A DNA stretch of 64,000 nucleotides from Balanoglossus misakiensis (Eukaryota; Animalia; Hemichordata). A model generated the notes under the pieces. That model was not told the DNA's origin. It saw only the letters and a program-made list of their open reading frames with translations, and made no database searches. The number at the start of each line of letters is the position of its first letter. Within the stretch, counting starts at the first letter, position 1. The position numbers and the translations under genes are program-made. Location: positions 372,001 through 436,000 of the forward strand of contig CM082593.2 in NCBI GenBank assembly GCA_040954595.2, given 5' to 3'. Below are positions 1 to 15,400 of this stretch, in pieces.

Positions 1-3000
1 CTATCCATTCAAATTATGTTTGGGCATATACATTAAATCGATATTGAAGAATATCTGAAATGCATTTTTTACAATATAGTAGAAAATTGATAGCAGATAT
101 TTATATGGCTTCGTGGATAATTGAAAGCGGTGATGCGCAAAGTCTTTGTTCGGAAGCGAAGGTAGATTGGACTGAACCATTATCATTAGAGGTGAACCAT
201 TTGAAGTTAATGTTGGCCAGAATGACATTGGAATAGCAATAAAAAGAGAAAACGCAAAAACTTGAAATAGCATTAATTTTAAAATGGTCTGTGTTTTGGT
301 CAAGTCGTGTATTGATATACTCTGAGTGATTTTGCTTTGAGGATGTTTTTTGAGACTGAGGTTTCTAGTTCTTAGAACATTTTAGGGGGCATTGTAATGA
401 GTTGAAGGGTTGGAATGTGGTTTGGTGAGCTTCAGCGACCCCCTGGGAATGCTTTGTTTGATGTGGAAATTTCGTGTTTGGAATACAGCTGGGACGTTCA
501 GGCCTCCTGGCAGAGGCCAAGCAGTCGCAGTTCAAAGGTTGTTTTGTGAAGAGTTAGGAATAGGCGTTGGAACACACTTCAACCGTGTCGTTTATACGTC
601 GTCTAACTTGCATTGGATATTCCGTAGTCGTTGGATACTTTCTGTGCACATTTTGAGCATTCACCTCGTACCATCATGGAATGGTGAGTCACTATCCTCT
701 CTGTGCCTTTCATTCAGACATCACTCACAAAGAAGCATTAAGGAAAATTTGTTTCTTCTACGTGTCTGACACTTGACAGAGATGACTTGCAGAGCTTAAA
801 ATCACAATAAGAATGTCGGCAAGTCAGACTTCACAGAAACAATGTCCTCTTGTGCTCACGTCCCCTCACCCATCTTCAGTTTGTCTGCTTAATTGCACAG
901 TTAAAATCGTGTCTAGCCAGAGTTTCAGAAACATTTATCACGTTTGTCACTACACAGTTGGCAAAATCAATCCTTATTTGAAAATGGAACTGTAAAGGGA
1001 GACGGTGATTTATATGCATGACTGGAAGTGATTTAGTGTTTTCTGTAGCTTGGACTGCAGAATTACCCATGATTGCAAGAGTAAATATGTTGTACACATC
1101 TGTATTGAGAAAATCAATTTATAAGAAATCAGCCAGGTCAATGCATGATACTCACCATGGTAGCATTAATGAGCTGTGGAACTTGATGGAAAAAAAATCC
1201 AATACCCGACTATTAAAGTGGTTTTACAAGGCCACTGAATTCTGATTTGAAGTGGCACTTTTGCTTCTGCGTGCCAAAAGGCAGTAATTCACTGCAGGAG
1301 GGTTTTTAAAGGGGAGTGGTTGGCTTCGGTGGGACAGAACGTTTCATTCCAACGCAGGAATGAAAGAATGTTGTAAAGAAGAAGAAGAAGGTGGCAGATA
1401 TGTACGACTGGTGTTTGCAAAAAGTTGTCCCTCTGATGCTCAACAACTTCAAAAATTGTTTCCTTATCATGTTAAGTTTAGTCTGCAGGTGTTTCTAACT
1501 TGTTGCTTTGGAAATGTAGTCATCAGCTAAAAGTGACATACGTTTTGATTTTGAGATATAGCCATTCTGCCAATAATACCGTCGCGACATGACTTGGTAC
1601 ACTTTCTGGACTGAGCCAATGTCTTTCAGTGTTGTTGAATTAAAATTCTAAACATATTCACGAATGTGGGTAGTTCGCCTGGTTATTCAATGTGCGCCTG
1701 CAGGCAAGCAGAATCCTTGTTTCAGCTTATCAGTCAGCTGTCTGCCTTGTAAATGTCAACCTTCATGGGATACCAGTTAGGTCAATGTGACCTTGATGAC
1801 CCCAATCTTGTGGGTCACTGTACAGACATTGCAATGTACTTCATCATTTTGTTCATGCGAACTTGTTGGACCAACTCAAATTTTACTGAAAAGAGAGTTA
1901 CATGTAGCTACTGCAAACCAGGAAATCTTCGCACCGAGAAATTTTGCGATGTCAACTGTTGTGACCATTTCGTGACAAAATAGTTTTGTGTTATTTGGTA
2001 GTTTGAAGAAAGAATCTCAAATGAATGTAAAATACTCAAAGTCAGGCTTTGTGTCATCTTCTTCAGCCCATCATCTATATGTGGACATGTGATTTCCTTC
2101 AAAAACATCAAGGAACTGTAGCAAGCAGATCTTTGCCCAGCCATGTGGATCAGATGTGTGTTTTAAGTCTTCTGCAAATTCAGTGTGGAAACCTTAAAGG
2201 AAATGTTGGCCTTTTTGAGTTCTGTTATCAGAGTAATGACTCTTCAATGAGCTTCTTTGGGAATCTGTCCGAGATTATCGAGATTATGGGAATCATTCCA
2301 AGGAATTTTGGAGAGCCAGTCTCATTACAAAGGATTACTGCAAGGCTGTGATTTGAGGAATATCTGATAATGATCACCTACAACTGAAACCCATCATTAT
2401 GAAACATGTCCAATCAGATTAAAATCAGCATGTATAGGTTCCATGTTTGCTTTCGTTCAGTTGTTTCTGTTCTTGTCTGCTGTTGTCGCAAGAATGTCAC
2501 ATTCGAATCTCGCACTTCGTAGCAGCAGCCAATGAGATTGTATTTTACTTGTATCTGCAACAAACCACATCACACTGACAGTTCAGCTTCACCTGAGTAG
2601 TGACTGCTGAACTGAGTCAAGCGTATGCTTGCGATCAATCTGACCATGGTCCTTTGCAATAACAAATATCAAGTGTTAAGAACAAGTTGTCAAAAGTTTA
2701 TGTTACAAGCTAGCTGCTTCAGAAATCGAGGGAACTCCTGGAATTTCTTTCTGTAACAAGTGTGTTGACTGCCAACAGATCTGAAAATACCAACATAATA
2801 TTCAAAGATTCCAGAGACATACATCCATACCATTAATTGAGAAAAACCACTTAATTTCCATTTCTCTGTGTACATTCCGACCATAGCGTTCTGCTGTTGG
2901 TTGAATCATATCAGTTGTACTGTCTAGACATTCAAAGTGTCCATTAAAGTCAGAACAGAACAAGATAGAAGGTGATTACAAGTCCACGACGTCACAGAAA

Positions 3001-6000
3001 AGATGTGTTCATTTCTTGTGCCGTGATAATGATAGTGCAGCAACATTTCATACATGTATGTCATCTTTAATTATTTTTGTTGTTTAATATCAATATTTAG
3101 GGTGAATTGAGTTATTGATGCATACCTCTATAATCAAGTTGAACTAATTTTTGTGCTCATTTTCCTCTCTCACACACATATACAAATACTCGTGCACGTA
3201 CACGCATACTCAGTGACACACACTCGCACACACACACAGGCACATTCAGGACTATCAGTATGTATGATATATAGGACAGTGACTTGTAAATTCTTTTATG
3301 GACAGGAGCTTTGGGACTCACATCCCAAGACCAAGTAAAATCTCTCCATTCCCGGGAGAGAATCACTGATAAGAGATTAGAAATCAAATTATCTTTTTTT
3401 TTGTCTGTGTTCAATTTCATCATAGTTGGACCCCAGAGGTTGTAAAACGTTTACTCTTGAGTATTGGGTCTTGATAAAGAAGAATCTGACCTGACTATGG
3501 TGAAATAGAGTAACTCTTTGGATAGTCACATACATTTATTACTGTGTGGAAGATTGACATACGATCATCTGTTGTGAAATACTTCATGTTTTTATTAGAT
3601 GTAATGGCATGTGTTGTGAAATAGGCCTTGTATGTCCCTAGCCAAGCATGTTTATTTATGATGAGGACACTCCCTTCTTGGATTAAGGAGACTATATCAG
3701 ATTCAAGGCCTTGCCAAGCTGGGTGAACTTGATGTCTATATGCATAATGTCTGTGTGTTCAGTTGTTGATTGTGGCATGAATTTAAAGTCCCGGTACCGG
3801 TACAAGTAACTTTCTGTCTTGTGCAATCAAAAACATTGTCCTGTTTGGGAAGTAATTGATGTGTTGCACGACCCTGTCATATGTTCAGGTCGGAGTCAGT
3901 CAACTGTTCAGGTCAACAGTTCGGGTCAGTTGAACACAAGCTGATCACAAGCAGGTTGTAAAAACAGGTTGTTCATGTAGGGGAACATGGTTGGGTGATT
4001 TTTGCTTTCTGGAAAGCAAAAACGCAACTTTGCTTATTGTTAGTTGTTTGTGTGACTCTATTAAAATGTGTGTGAATCCAGTAAAAATCCTTGTTTTTGC
4101 ATCGATGAAGTAAGTGTTACATTTGTTAAAAGTACATGTACTTGGTAATGGATGTAACATTGCATTGAGTTTGTTTGGTCAAAAATATAGATTTTTACCA
4201 TCAGATCAACATTCAGATACCTCTGTTGCCTGACTAGTTTTTTGAGAAAAACTAGGTCTTCTTCAACTGATTTTAGACTGTTGTAACTTAGAAATGGTAT
4301 TTATGAAAGAACTTCTCACCATCAAATCAGCTGTGTTGTGTAATTCATGATAATGCATAGAGTATCGATTTTGGTCGTCTTTCAATTGTATCCGAGAAGG
4401 AATTGTGGCTGCCGCAAGCAATAGAAAAGCTCAAGAGATTACAAAATGATGAGACTATTTGATTGAATGTTTGAGATGGCCAGCCACTTCCATTAAGCAA
4501 ATGGTATGCAATCCAGCAGATTCATTAAAATAATTACACTTGCTCGGGTAGACACAGCTGAAGGTCACACATAAGGTCATTGCAAAGAAGTTTTTACATC
4601 TATTTCTGATGGAGGCATCATCTGCTTTATATATGCACCAGTTCTTCTCGTTTTCGGATTTTCAAAGCTTACAGTGATTTCCAGTTTGATGTTAAAAGGA
4701 CAAAATACATACAATGTACAATCTTTGAAATTACGTGTATTATGTCTTAAGCTCCTGTTTGATATTGCATGTGTATATAGCGAGTCTGTACCAATCTCTA
4801 TCATTTCAGAGCAGAAATAAAAACACCATGGCATATCAACCATCAAAATTACATTGTGAACAAACCTTTATTCACTAGCTGTAAAAATTCCACACTTTAA
4901 TCAGCTATCACACAAGTGTCACTATTCAAGTGTACTTCTTTTTTTACTGGAGTCGGCACATTTATAAAATTATTCAAGTAGAAAGCAGGATTTATAAGCT
5001 CACCATTTGCCATTTGCTTTAGAACATCCCTGAGGACGAACACACAGAATGCAAATAGAGCATAGGTGTACACGTACATGTTGCAACTCAGCAGTCATGC
5101 TTTAAAAGCTTCTTTCAGGGCATTTAAAATTTGGCCAAAAACCCAAGTCATAATTGGACCCCTCCTCTCTTTATTAAAGCTTTCGGTGATTTCTGCCACC
5201 CCCCCCCACTCCAGTTTTTCAAATGTCAAACGATTGACGTAATCAGGATTTGGAAATTTCCTGGTGACGCCACGGATCGGTGGGAAACCATCTTTCTCTA
5301 ATCAGTCTCCTTCTCTTCTTTCTTCTCTCCATCACATGGTTTATTCCCAAAACTCCTCGGAATAAGAAAAATGACCTTTTTGAGATCTACTGTCTTACTA
5401 AGTACATTTCGGTGTGTTCATCAGGTCTGATGAACCTCCATTTACTCACACAGATATTTTCATGAGTTTGAAGTTTTTGAAACCAAGAAAAACATGTATG
5501 TATTTTGACATAGCACAGACATAACACACATATTGTTTTTGTAGACTTTGCTGTATCGCTGAGCAAAATGTACCTGAACAGTGAGGCCGATTGTGACATA
5601 AGGTCACAGGCCATCCCTAGTGCAAGTGATAATTATGTTTTCCTGTACTGCAGTCATCGTATCAGGTTACTTCAATGAGAAAACTCAATATCAACCACTG
5701 TGACATTTGACCTGAATCCAGTTTGTCCTGAGAACTTCTGCGTGGCAGATGTAATGAGGCCAGAAAATTGAACCTGATATATGACACATTTTAATGGCCA
5801 GTTTATATAGGAAAATAAATTGTGCATGATCATAATATTTTACAATGATCTCTTATGACACGTGCCTCTGTTACCTCTGGTCCCTTGTAGTTTTCAGCAC
5901 ATATACTTTCGCAAGTCCATGCCTGTGGAAAAGTGGAAACAATCTTCCCAGATTGAACATGTACTGATGGAATATTTACCAATCAGGCAAAGACACTCGG

Positions 6001-6473
6001 AGTATCCATTCCTGATCCAGGATTGGGAATTCTAAACTAATCACTGCAAGGAATGAAAGAGCCACAGACTTATCACCTTTCAAAACAGTCTCTTTTGAAC
6101 AAATAAATCGACTTATTCTGGTTCTGTTCTAAAAAAAGACGAGAGATTAAAGCCTAAGCTTTCTTTTAAAGTGACGCAAATTTTAATGTATATCCTCTTT
6201 GTTATGAGACATCTTTCAAAAACCAGTATTTTCTAAACCAGCTTAATTTTGTTATATAACCAGTGAATGGGATTTTTTAGGGTGTACTAACAAGGAAAAG
6301 CTTCCCATTGACTTCTTTTCCCTCAAGCTTTATCCTCTTTATGTGAGGGATTTGAGATCAGAACTCAATTATATAATGTATTCCCATCGTCATCCGTGTT
6401 CAGGATATCTGATGTATTGTCTGTAACATCCACAGATTCTCATATTTTTCCTTTTTATTCTTTTTTTTTCCAG

Positions 6474-9400
6474 GACATGCAGTATATCTATTCCCAGCTC
6501 CATGGAATGGAAGCATTGAATTCCCTGAGAGAACCTGCGTTGAGGGCGATATGCAAAACGATCCGCTACGAATTCCACGACGCTAATGATATTCTCTACT
6601 GGTGAGTTGCATTGTCCTCATCCCACTATTGAGGGCAGTATACTGGATTAAATCGTTAGCTTTTATTTACGGTCTGTGATGGTTTTACAATCCCACCATA
6701 AGAGGGCAGGATTTCACTTTCAGTGGCTGCTTAAAATTATTAAGTCGTGTGTGGTCGACATTTACTAACGTTACAATTAAACAGAGTTTATGTCAGAAGT
6801 TCACATTGATGATTATGAATCAAATCTAGGATGTGGAAAGCCACAAGAGTTGTCAGGGTTTCACGTCTACTGTTCCAATTCACCAAATCTTACTTCATTT
6901 CTCCAGGGGTTGCTTTTCAAATTAGCATTGCCTCATTTATCATATTAGTTGTCCTTAAATGTCCACCTGATATGAACAATTTGATTTTGTAATTCTGATC
7001 TCCTGGAGCTATGCACTCTCCAAAATGGCAAATTTACAAGTTTTATTTTTGCAATGGAGTGGAAAATCTCCTTTCACAGATACTGTAATAAAAGTTTAGT
7101 GCTACATGCAGAAAATGACCTTCCATAGCATTTCAGTCATTAATTGAGAGCATTCCATATCACCTTTTTTTCCTTTACAGCACCTCCACCTGAGACACTA
7201 ATATCATATTGATATCAGCATGGGTTCTTCCAGAACTGAAATGAACACTTGACTCGACTGACTTGTAAAACTAGTCACACAAGACCATTTGCACTTTTGA
7301 GTAATTTTTCATTTCCTGTCAATGAATAATAATTTTTTCCCCGTCTTCATTTGGTTTCACAGTCGAGATGATCTCAGCTCCTCATGGTTCATTTTACTGA
7401 CAGGTTCTGTGTTCATCGATGGCTCTATGTATTTACCACGAAGCAGGTATGTAGGAAAAATGAAAAACACCAGTTTCCATGGCAATTTAAAGTTTGTTTG
7501 CAGCTTATTCCATGGTTGATCATAATCTCCCATCTTGTTCCAGTAGTGATGGGAAAAAATTTCTATATTTCTGTTTGACAAGTTTGGAGTTCATTGTATT
7601 TGTACGTTTAAAGACACATTTATTTGTCAAAAACCATCCCTTCTTTAGTTCATAAGAAATGCAATCACTAGTCCAAAGCAGACTTCAGAACAACACTGAA
7701 GGATACAGATGGCCTTCCCCTGGAGATATGGAAAATTAAATCCTTCATTTACAGAAAAATATCATCAGGATTATAATTGAGTCGAAGGCCCAAAGCTATT
7801 TGCTCTGTGTGGCTTGATGAAATGTCATCAGCATTTCTTCGTTTCTCCCGCTGCATGATAATGACGATAATGTATCGTTAAAGTGGCATTGTAATGTGAT
7901 GGTACTTGTAGATTAATAAAGGGGACCCTAGTGAAATATGAGCCTTTGAGTTGAGTTACGTGGATAGCAGAGACTTGTGATCTAGTTTGTGAGCGAACAA
8001 GACATGTACTCTCTCTGCTTGCCATATACTATTTTGAGTCTCATCCCGATTGGATGTAATGCTTGATTTGGACTTCTTGAAGACTGATATTTATTTATCA
8101 GATAAGGTATGGTACTGGTTTATTTAGGTCTGTTCTTTAACTTTTTTCTTTTACAGAAGTGAGTTGTCTTAAAATTTGTCATTATGTTTGTATAAAATGT
8201 GTTTGATGGAGATTTGGTTCTATTGCATGCCCGTTTTCTTGAGGTGGGACTTTGTTGCCCGTTTTGATTTCCTTGCTACATGAATTGGTATGGTAGATCC
8301 GAGGTTTGAATTGTTTAAATTGTTTAAAGTAGCTATTTTGCCCTTAAATCTGGCTTGTAAATTTTCTAATGATACTGGGTTTTCTGTGTCGTTTTGATGA
8401 GGGAGACTTTTATTGACTAAGCCTGGGTCTAGATGGTAGTTATTAGAAAGCGTTTATCAATCAGCATGGTAAATTACACGCAGGTCTTCATCCAAGCCAT
8501 CAATTATAGACAAGAGTTCAGAAAAGTGAAAGTGAATTTATTGAATGTGCAATAAAGCAGCGTAATGACGTTGAATATCCCGCTGAAAATTTATTAAAAA
8601 TGATCATGTTAAGTATGCCTTGTTGAGTAGAACCATCTATTATCAAAGCTTTGATGGCCAGAAGTTAGTTCATTTGGACACTTTTTATATCGCTGGGTGA
8701 CCTGACTCGTATGCAAATAATCGTGCTGGGTAATTTGTCTTGGCATATCTCAGCCAACAGCATGACTTCTATTTTATTGCTGACTTTCACTGTACATCAA
8801 CATTGCCACCAGTGATGGGAGAGTTTGAACATCAGAACGTGCTGTTCTTGCAAAAATATTGCGCTTAAAACTCCAGTATCTCTCGGCTAACTTCTGGCTA
8901 TTTTCCCCGTGCATCAGCTGCTGTTTCATGTTCTACTCTGGATAGATATATTTTGTAATACAATATGATATAACCCAATCACCCACATTTCTCTGTGTTT
9001 GGGTTCAACCGTACCATAGAAACACTAAGGTTATTCCACTTTGTTAGGGAAGGAAGGTTTCAGCAAATCCACAGGCTTTGATACAGCGGCTCTGTTCAGC
9101 AACAGACAGTCTAAACCGCGGTAGTGGCTCCAACAATATCTAAATCACTGCACTTGTCAACCAAGGAAAATGGACAGTTTCCTCTTGTAAGAAATTTATC
9201 TCATGTTGTAACCCCAAGCTAAATGTCTTTCTTAAATGTCATGTCAAGCTAGATTGAGTCTGTAGACAAGTATGTTGTCATGGAAACCAGTTTCTTTGGT
9301 TTCTCAGTTGTAAATGAGAAATATTTTTACAGAAAAATCTTCATAGTAAAAATAATCAAAAATGGATATTAAAATTGATGAAATATGAGTGTACAGTTAG

Positions 9401-12400
9401 TGATCATATTCCTTCAAAATCTGAAATGAAATGAATTGTTCACCTAGATTTGTTCTAGTGGTTCTACATGTTACCTGCGATTGCAAGGGAAAATGCAATT
9501 CACTTTGGGGTTTATCAAACTTCAAGCCTTTATGTACAACACCCAGATCTGCCTCCAACAAGCAATTTACAAGCAATTACATCTCTTAGAACACATTTGT
9601 CATAACCGCAATCAATATTGTCACATCGCAATTACAAGTTGACGCGGTTTTGCGAATATCGATGCACCTTATGGACTTTTCAAACAACTGTATTTGCATA
9701 TAAGTGGAAGAGAGACAGTTGGACTTTACCCACAGGTGTTGAATGAGGAAATAAAAACCCTGGCCTGTGAATTGTGGCAGTGTTGGCGTAGACACAGAGT
9801 CTGGATGATGGCTCCCGTGGGTGTGTGTGTGTTGTAATAAAAAATAAGAAGCTATGAATACATTGAGGTAGAACTTGATAAACACCTCTTCAGGAGCCTG
9901 AGCACTCAGAGTCAGAAGTTGTGCGAAAGTTGTATCTTATTACGGTAGATTTCAGTCAAATTTGTACCAAGAGAGAATATTAGGGTTTTCTGGAGTGGAA
10001 GATGTCTTTTTGCCGGGATTTTATTTCATCGGGAAAGGTGGTTGAGTGATGGATGGAGCAATAAGACTAATGGACATGGGTAAGTTGTCATCAGTAAATC
10101 GCGTTCAATGTGGTGTAATTGACAACCGAGCTCATTCAGGTTTTAATATGAATTTTCTAGCGCGTGACTCGGATAATGCCAGGAGCTGTCTTTGCTGAAA
10201 ACACTCCCAATGACGGGTAATTTGATTTTCCTGGGTATCAGTTGTTTTGTCTGATGGAGGAGGCGTCATTAGACCTGTGAGGTTGTTTTGCTTTTCTTGT
10301 TAGCATGTATCAGAAGGTCAACTTGTGCAACAGTCTGTTCTGTTGCCGTGCTTCTGTGCGTACCCCCAGGGCGATAATCAGTATTCACATTTTTGGTAAA
10401 AATGATTCGCTGTACTTGAAGTCTTCCAGTCATATTCATGCAGATTTTATTCCGTGACATTTCGCGTTGAATTTCTTTTTCACAAGTGGAGGGGGACTGA
10501 TCACAACATCTCACGTTGCTTGTTCACTTGTACGGGTAAGTGAAGCAGATATTTATTCCTATTTTGTCATTTTGTTCACACTTGGTTGCACAAGTGATGT
10601 TTTATTCCTATCATGATTCCAGAAACAGTCATCTGCTTGTGATCTTGGGAATATTGATGTACCGTTATGATTTGACCCTGAAGGAATGGTGTTGCTTGAA
10701 AACTGCAAAATAAGCAGTGCTCTCATATTCCTCATTCTTGAGACATTTTGCACAGTAGATGTAATATTGAAAGAATAGGATCAGATCAAACTATGATAGT
10801 TGGTGTGTGTGTGGGGGGGGGGGGATTTTGATGTTATGCATCAGGTGAATAAAATGCTTTAATTCACATGCCATGTTGCAGTACATAGTCAGTAATAAAC
10901 AGATAAAATTTGACAGGAACATAGTGTGAATCAGTGTAACAGACTTTGTATTCTGAGAACGGTTCTGTCAGAATTGTTTGTTATGCAGAGACATAAACTG
11001 GCAGACTGTAATGTACAGAATAACCATCAAGGGATGCAATGAAGGTATTTTAAGTGCCGGTTTTACTGATGACATCTGAAGCAGCCTCGATATCAATGAT
11101 CAGTGATGTAATAGTGAACAGAAAAATCAATACTTAGGTCTAATTGGGTATGTGCCCACAATCTACTGTGTATCTGTACATCGTTAACACACGTAATAAA
11201 ATGTACTTTGACTCAAATGTGCCCCGCATTCAGCAAATTGCACACATTTTCCTTATGGTTTGCCAGCTATTAAACTTTCACAGATGTTGATGATTGTCAG
11301 GACAATATCAGTAATGTGTGCAGAGTTTCTTAGAAATCATAAACACTGAGGTTGTCACGATATTTATGTAGACAGATTGTGGGACATAGGTGTGGGCAGG
11401 TTTTAGTAAATCCCTTCTCAAGGAGACAGTTTTGAAATGATAGAAATATACTGATTATATAACACATGTGTGTGCGCACTCGAATGAAATATATGAAAAT
11501 CTAGTTCCCTATGCATAAAAAATCAAATTGACCTTAATACGTGCCGTCATAGAAATTTGCCCGCATTTCACAAATTGTGTTATCTTTTGAGCAGATAATC
11601 AGTAGAGGTAAGAAGTTTGACGTAGAATGTAGGAAGGCGTGATTTTAGTACATGTAACTATCAATGTAGGTGTAAGATGGTTTATCAAGTAGCATTTAAT
11701 TTCTGTCAAACTAATGGACTTGGACTTTTAACTGCGGAGGGAATGATTTGCTGGTTTAAAGATTGTGATCTTAAAAGTTCTTCTGTTTAGTTTAAGATGC
11801 AGTGCAGAAATCAGGGCTGTGTGTGTGTAAAATCACAAATCAATGTACATAGGTGTGTATACACATACACACATACAAACACACACATTCACACACATGT
11901 ACATACGTCATACAAAACCTACGTATGTATGTACGTACGTATGTATGTAAATATGTAAATACATACGTACGTACATACGTAGACATACGGCATACCAGCT
12001 AGTATGCTAATCTGTAGAAAATGGCTTGAATTCACTCACAGAACTGAAGGTTGGGATTACAAAGGAGGTGAATTGGCTCCATTTGTGAGCATTATGTTCG
12101 AGAAACCTCTGATACTATAAATACTCTCAAGAATTTGAAGGTTTGGGAATGTTTTGTCGTCAAATAATCACACAACAATTGCATCTTTCTGCTTTGTTGA
12201 CTTCTTAGAGAGTTATTTCCCACAATGCTTTTCACCAAAACATTCCTTTTAAATTGAAGTGGTTGTCTGGAGAGCCTTATTCTCTGACATAGTTCTGTCA
12301 CTCAGGTTTTTGTTCTGTTAGAAAAACCATGATGAACATAATATTGACAGTGCTCACAAAATTTGATCAGCAACCTGGCACGGAATAATAAACAGCATGC

Positions 12401-15400
12401 ATATTGGTGCATCTGACAGACTGATATTGGTACTAGTACTATGCTATAAGTAGCAACAACAATCAATTCTGTACTGGAATTGTTTTTGGTCAAGGTGGTG
12501 TTGATTACACTCTTTATCTCCAAATTAAAGAGAAAGGATTAATTTAATTGAGAACAAAGATAGCAACTTCCAATCATGGCTTATTTGTACAATGTCTGTG
12601 TGAAGGCTGCCAGCTGTTATTAGAGGTACATAACCCGAGTTTTGGAGCATTCAGGGTTGGAAGTACTGAAGCAGGTGTACGTGTCTCTCTTGATAGTTTT
12701 TTCATTTCATGCTCAAAATAGATTACACTGCATGTCACAAAGCTTGCACCATGAATTTAAATGAGAGATCTGATCTAGACAAGTCATTTAAGTTGAAAAC
12801 AGCTATCCGTTTTATCAGTTCTGTATGTATGTCAACTTTTACATCAAGTGGTTGAAAGTCCATTTACTTCCAGTCACTAGAAGCATTCAGAAATATGGCT
12901 CACACGTTTGTTAAGTAGTGTGTCTTATTGAGTATCTGTCAAAGGCAGTAGACACTTCAGAATCAGAGTACCAAGAAAACACAATTATTGCGTTTTTGGG
13001 CAAATACCAGTACCAATATTATCGGTGTTTAGTGGTGAAATAGAATAATCCTATTGTATCCAAGGTAGCTGGGTTGTTAAATCATGTAATGTTAGAGGTT
13101 ATGTCTGTCAAATAATTGAGTCGGTCTTTGACATGGGGCTTTTGTCTTTGTGACATCAAATAGTGTCATTGTTAACATAGAGGAAGCCCCCCCCTCTTTT
13201 GTGTTGTCGGCCGTTTCCAAACAAGTGACAGTTTGAGACAAGCTATAGAGTTGTGGCTGTGAATATAAATGAGGTAGGTGTGATCATAACAATGGGACAG
13301 AGGTCAAGCAACCTGCGTAGTTCGGCCAAACAACAGTTCAGAAGAGAAGTGTATTCATGGTGAATGACTTCTTAAAGTGCTAGCGTTGTGTTCCTTAGTG
13401 TTGTGTTGTCCTTTACTCTCCTCGGCCAGGATTTAATCAGCGGCCATGAAAATGGAATCGACGTGCCGACGATACTCCGCGCCACGGCAGCGGTTTGGGA
13501 TGACTGGAATGTTTTATCGTTCTAAATCCATGAGTACTTTGTTGACAGAGAGGTAAGACCGACAAAACAATGACTAAGACATCGCCTCTGTGTATCAAGA
13601 CTTCACAGAACTGGTTGTTGCTTTTGAAAGTAACTTTTGAAGGCCAGAGACAGGATTTAAATATATTAGAATTTGGAGTGTCTGAAATTGTGGTTGGTTG
13701 ATTGATTGGTTGATTGATTTATACAAATGTAAGCGCAAATATGTGTCAAGATACACAGTGAGTGGTGAGTGTCATTGTATGTGACTGAGCAAACAGGTGT
13801 TAAGGACAATAAATACACAGAACTCAAATAATTGATGGAATCGTACCATGACGGGACCTACCACAGCAGACATTTAAGTCAACTTACTGCCAATACATGT
13901 ATGCAGAGTTTATTATCATCATAACTATTATTATTATTATTAGTAGTAGTATTGGTTTTACTGGTATTAATAATGATTTGGCTTGTAAACAAGAATGATA
14001 TGAGTAAACAAAATAACTTTTTAACAGTTATGTGCCAGCTATTTTTTCAGTATTTCTGCTGTGATTGGGTTTGAGCTAGATTTATTATTCTTTATTTTCT
14101 TCTTTTCAAATCCTATTCACATTCCGGCCAACCCTTTCCGGTTGCAGGTTACAGAGCTCGCCTCACTTCGCTGCTCTTCTTATTTATAGTTCTAGTGACC
14201 TTGCTCTTAACCTTTGACCCTGTGACCCTGGAAAACTTCAACCAAGAAACCATCTAATACGTACAAAAACATGGTGTTCTTGAAAAAAAGGAAAGAAAAG
14301 ACATGCATTATACATTGGGAGACAATAAAAGATTAAGTTTATCTCAATATTTCAAGACGTCTAGCATGGCCACCACAAAGATGATAAAACTGATATTGAA
14401 ATTGGAAGTTTGAATATTGCAAAGAGTGCACTGTTCAAATATTTTAGTTTTACTGAAAGAATGAAAAGAAGAGGTATTGAAAACCTGGTTTGTAAAGCAA
14501 ACAGTTTTAAATTGTGCTAACATTTAATAGCTGTCGCCATTTCCTAAGTAATCAGGGATTCAGATAAATGGATTTTATAAGTTTGTGTTTTCTGGCCATG
14601 CAACAAGTCTGCAAGCTGTTTTTAAATGTCAGAAAATGCAAAAGGTTTGATGCATGTATTAAAGACGTGACTAGGTTCAGTACATGCCGCAAGAAGTTTT
14701 GAATAATGGTTGGCTTTGGAAAACAAATATTCCAAGGGATATTTACATCACATGTACTAACTAGGCGTCGCTGATCATTGCCACATTAGATACAACTACC
14801 TGCAGCTAAAAATACTCCACTTATCAACAAGCCTGAGAAATGTTTCTCATTAAATACTTCTGTAGGCAACCATTTTAAATTTTCTCTTTGAGCGTCTTGC
14901 ATTTGATTCAACTTTGGCATTTTGAGTGAAGTTTTCTCTTTTGGTTGTTTCTGGACAAGATTACCTGCAAGTAACATTATTAGCACTGGCCTTAAAACGT
15001 GTCAAATGGAATAGCTGGAATATGATAGGCTTTCAGCATGAACCTTTCATCTCAGGGGGTGTTTTTCGTCAAAATCACTATTTTAATGATTGGTTTTAAG
15101 GTGTTTTTACATTTCAAATTTATATTAGTTTGTGTAATATTAATAGAGTGCTTTAGTTCTACTGATAATAGTGAACTGTTGTTCCTTTTTTGCTTTTATT
15201 TAGAAACAGTGTAGGCTTGTCAGTGAAACTAATTGTTAGATTTTACTTCTGTGGGGAATTACGTTCTCATTAAATTGTTATTTCTGTCAGTGTGTGTGGA
15301 GATTATACAACAGATCGTTCGTCATCAGAAAAGCTGTGGAGTATCATTCCTGCTGTGATTTTTCTGGAGGGCACACCACTGCAAGAGAATAAAAATAACT

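Noticed and set aside
1-303. 100-aa minus-strand ORF
   Set aside because: AT-rich, with no recognisable domain or splice context; consistent with chance.
10440-10541. Strong CGG|gtaagt donor in the large RAPGEF intron
   Set aside because: No ATG-initiated frame in the phase needed for exon 16842. It could only be a non-coding exon and has no other support.
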